Below, one piece after another: positions 63,420-64,000 of a DNA stretch of 64,000 bases. Source of the stretch: Vicugna vicugna (lineage: Eukaryota); assembly GCA_013265495.1 (NCBI GenBank), contig MU058213.1, forward strand, positions 4,588,001-4,652,000. The letters are read 5' to 3'. Below the pieces are notes generated by a model. The model was given only the letters and a program-made list of their open reading frames with translations, did no database searches and was not told the DNA's origin. Both the position numbers and the translations under genes were made by a program. The stretch's first letter is position 1, and each line of letters begins with the position of its first letter.

Positions 63420-63830
63420 CTTCCCTGTCAATAGGTATGTCCTGAACACCTGCCCTGCATCCTGCACTTTCCTCTCTGGGCCTGGGGCCCCGGTGTGAGC
63501 AGGAGAGACCAATGCCCTGCCCTCTCCATGTGCACTGTGCGATATGGTGGCCACTGAGCCCCGGAAATGTGGCTCAGCCTGAACTGAGCTGTGCTGTAAG
63601 GGTGAAATACACACGGAATTTTCGAGACAGTAAGGAGAAAGGAATGGAAAATACTTTCTACTGATTGCATGTTGATAGTCTGTATCTTTTGGATATATTA
63701 GGTTAAAAATGTTCTTAAAAATAATATTTCCTGTTTCTTTTTTTTTAATGTGGCTGTTAAAACATGTAAGATCACACATGTGGCTCATGTTCATGGTTTG
63801 CATTCTATTTCTGAGGAATAACACTGCTCT
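63420..63830. mobile_element. MER33-like hAT-Charlie MITE
   Basis: aaatgtggct...actgagctgtgctgtaagggtgaaatacacac...tttggatatattaggttaaaa...catgtggctc. Confidence 0.65.
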
Positions 63831-64000
63831 AGGTGGAAAGACAGACTCTGAAAAGTGAGCCAATACAGAAGAGGGTGATTACAAATAGAGAAAAGTGCCA
63901 GAGAGGAAATAATACAGGCGGTGCGTGGAGAGGGGCCGGCAGGTGGACACGGGCAGCTAGGACCTGTTGGACTCCTCGGGTGGCAGGTGGGGCTAGGGGA

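Noticed and set aside
36000..64000. Many overlapping 60-175 aa ORFs on both strands; possible CGNL1 coding exons
   Set aside because: Expected from stop-codon scarcity at high GC. None resembles cingulin-like (ZIM motif, coiled coil) or any other protein I recognise, so no gene symbol was assigned.

Overview
Mammalian genomic DNA, very probably a camelid, judged by three Vic-1-type tRNA-derived SINEs and the absence of recognisable Alu, B1, Bov-A or PRE-1 elements. Positions 1-~34 kb are the AT-rich 3' part of TCF12 (HEB, a class I bHLH E-protein) on the + strand. Seven coding exons splice in frame with canonical GT-AG sites: 5456-5529, the 72-nt alternative exon 6547-6618, 7378-7584, 15780-15897, 16957-17119, the bHLH exon 21114-21346, and 28499-28641 ending in TAA. 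They are followed by a 3'-UTR intron and a ~2.35-kb non-coding last exon (31482-~33835) with AATAAA at 33811. Beyond ~36-37 kb the sequence becomes clearly GC-rich and no protein-coding gene is recognisable. This part has two CpG-rich elements (~37.7-38.3 kb and ~51.5-52.1 kb, the second with splice donors), a strong CTCF-like motif, G-quadruplex motifs and old repeats (L1, L2, MIR, hAT MER, MaLR/ERVL LTR). I found no evidence of a new biological system. The observations worth following up concern splicing control, 3'-UTR control and insertion history. Repeat family names are from recall of consensus sequences, not a search, and repeat boundaries are approximate unless target-site duplications (TSDs) are given.
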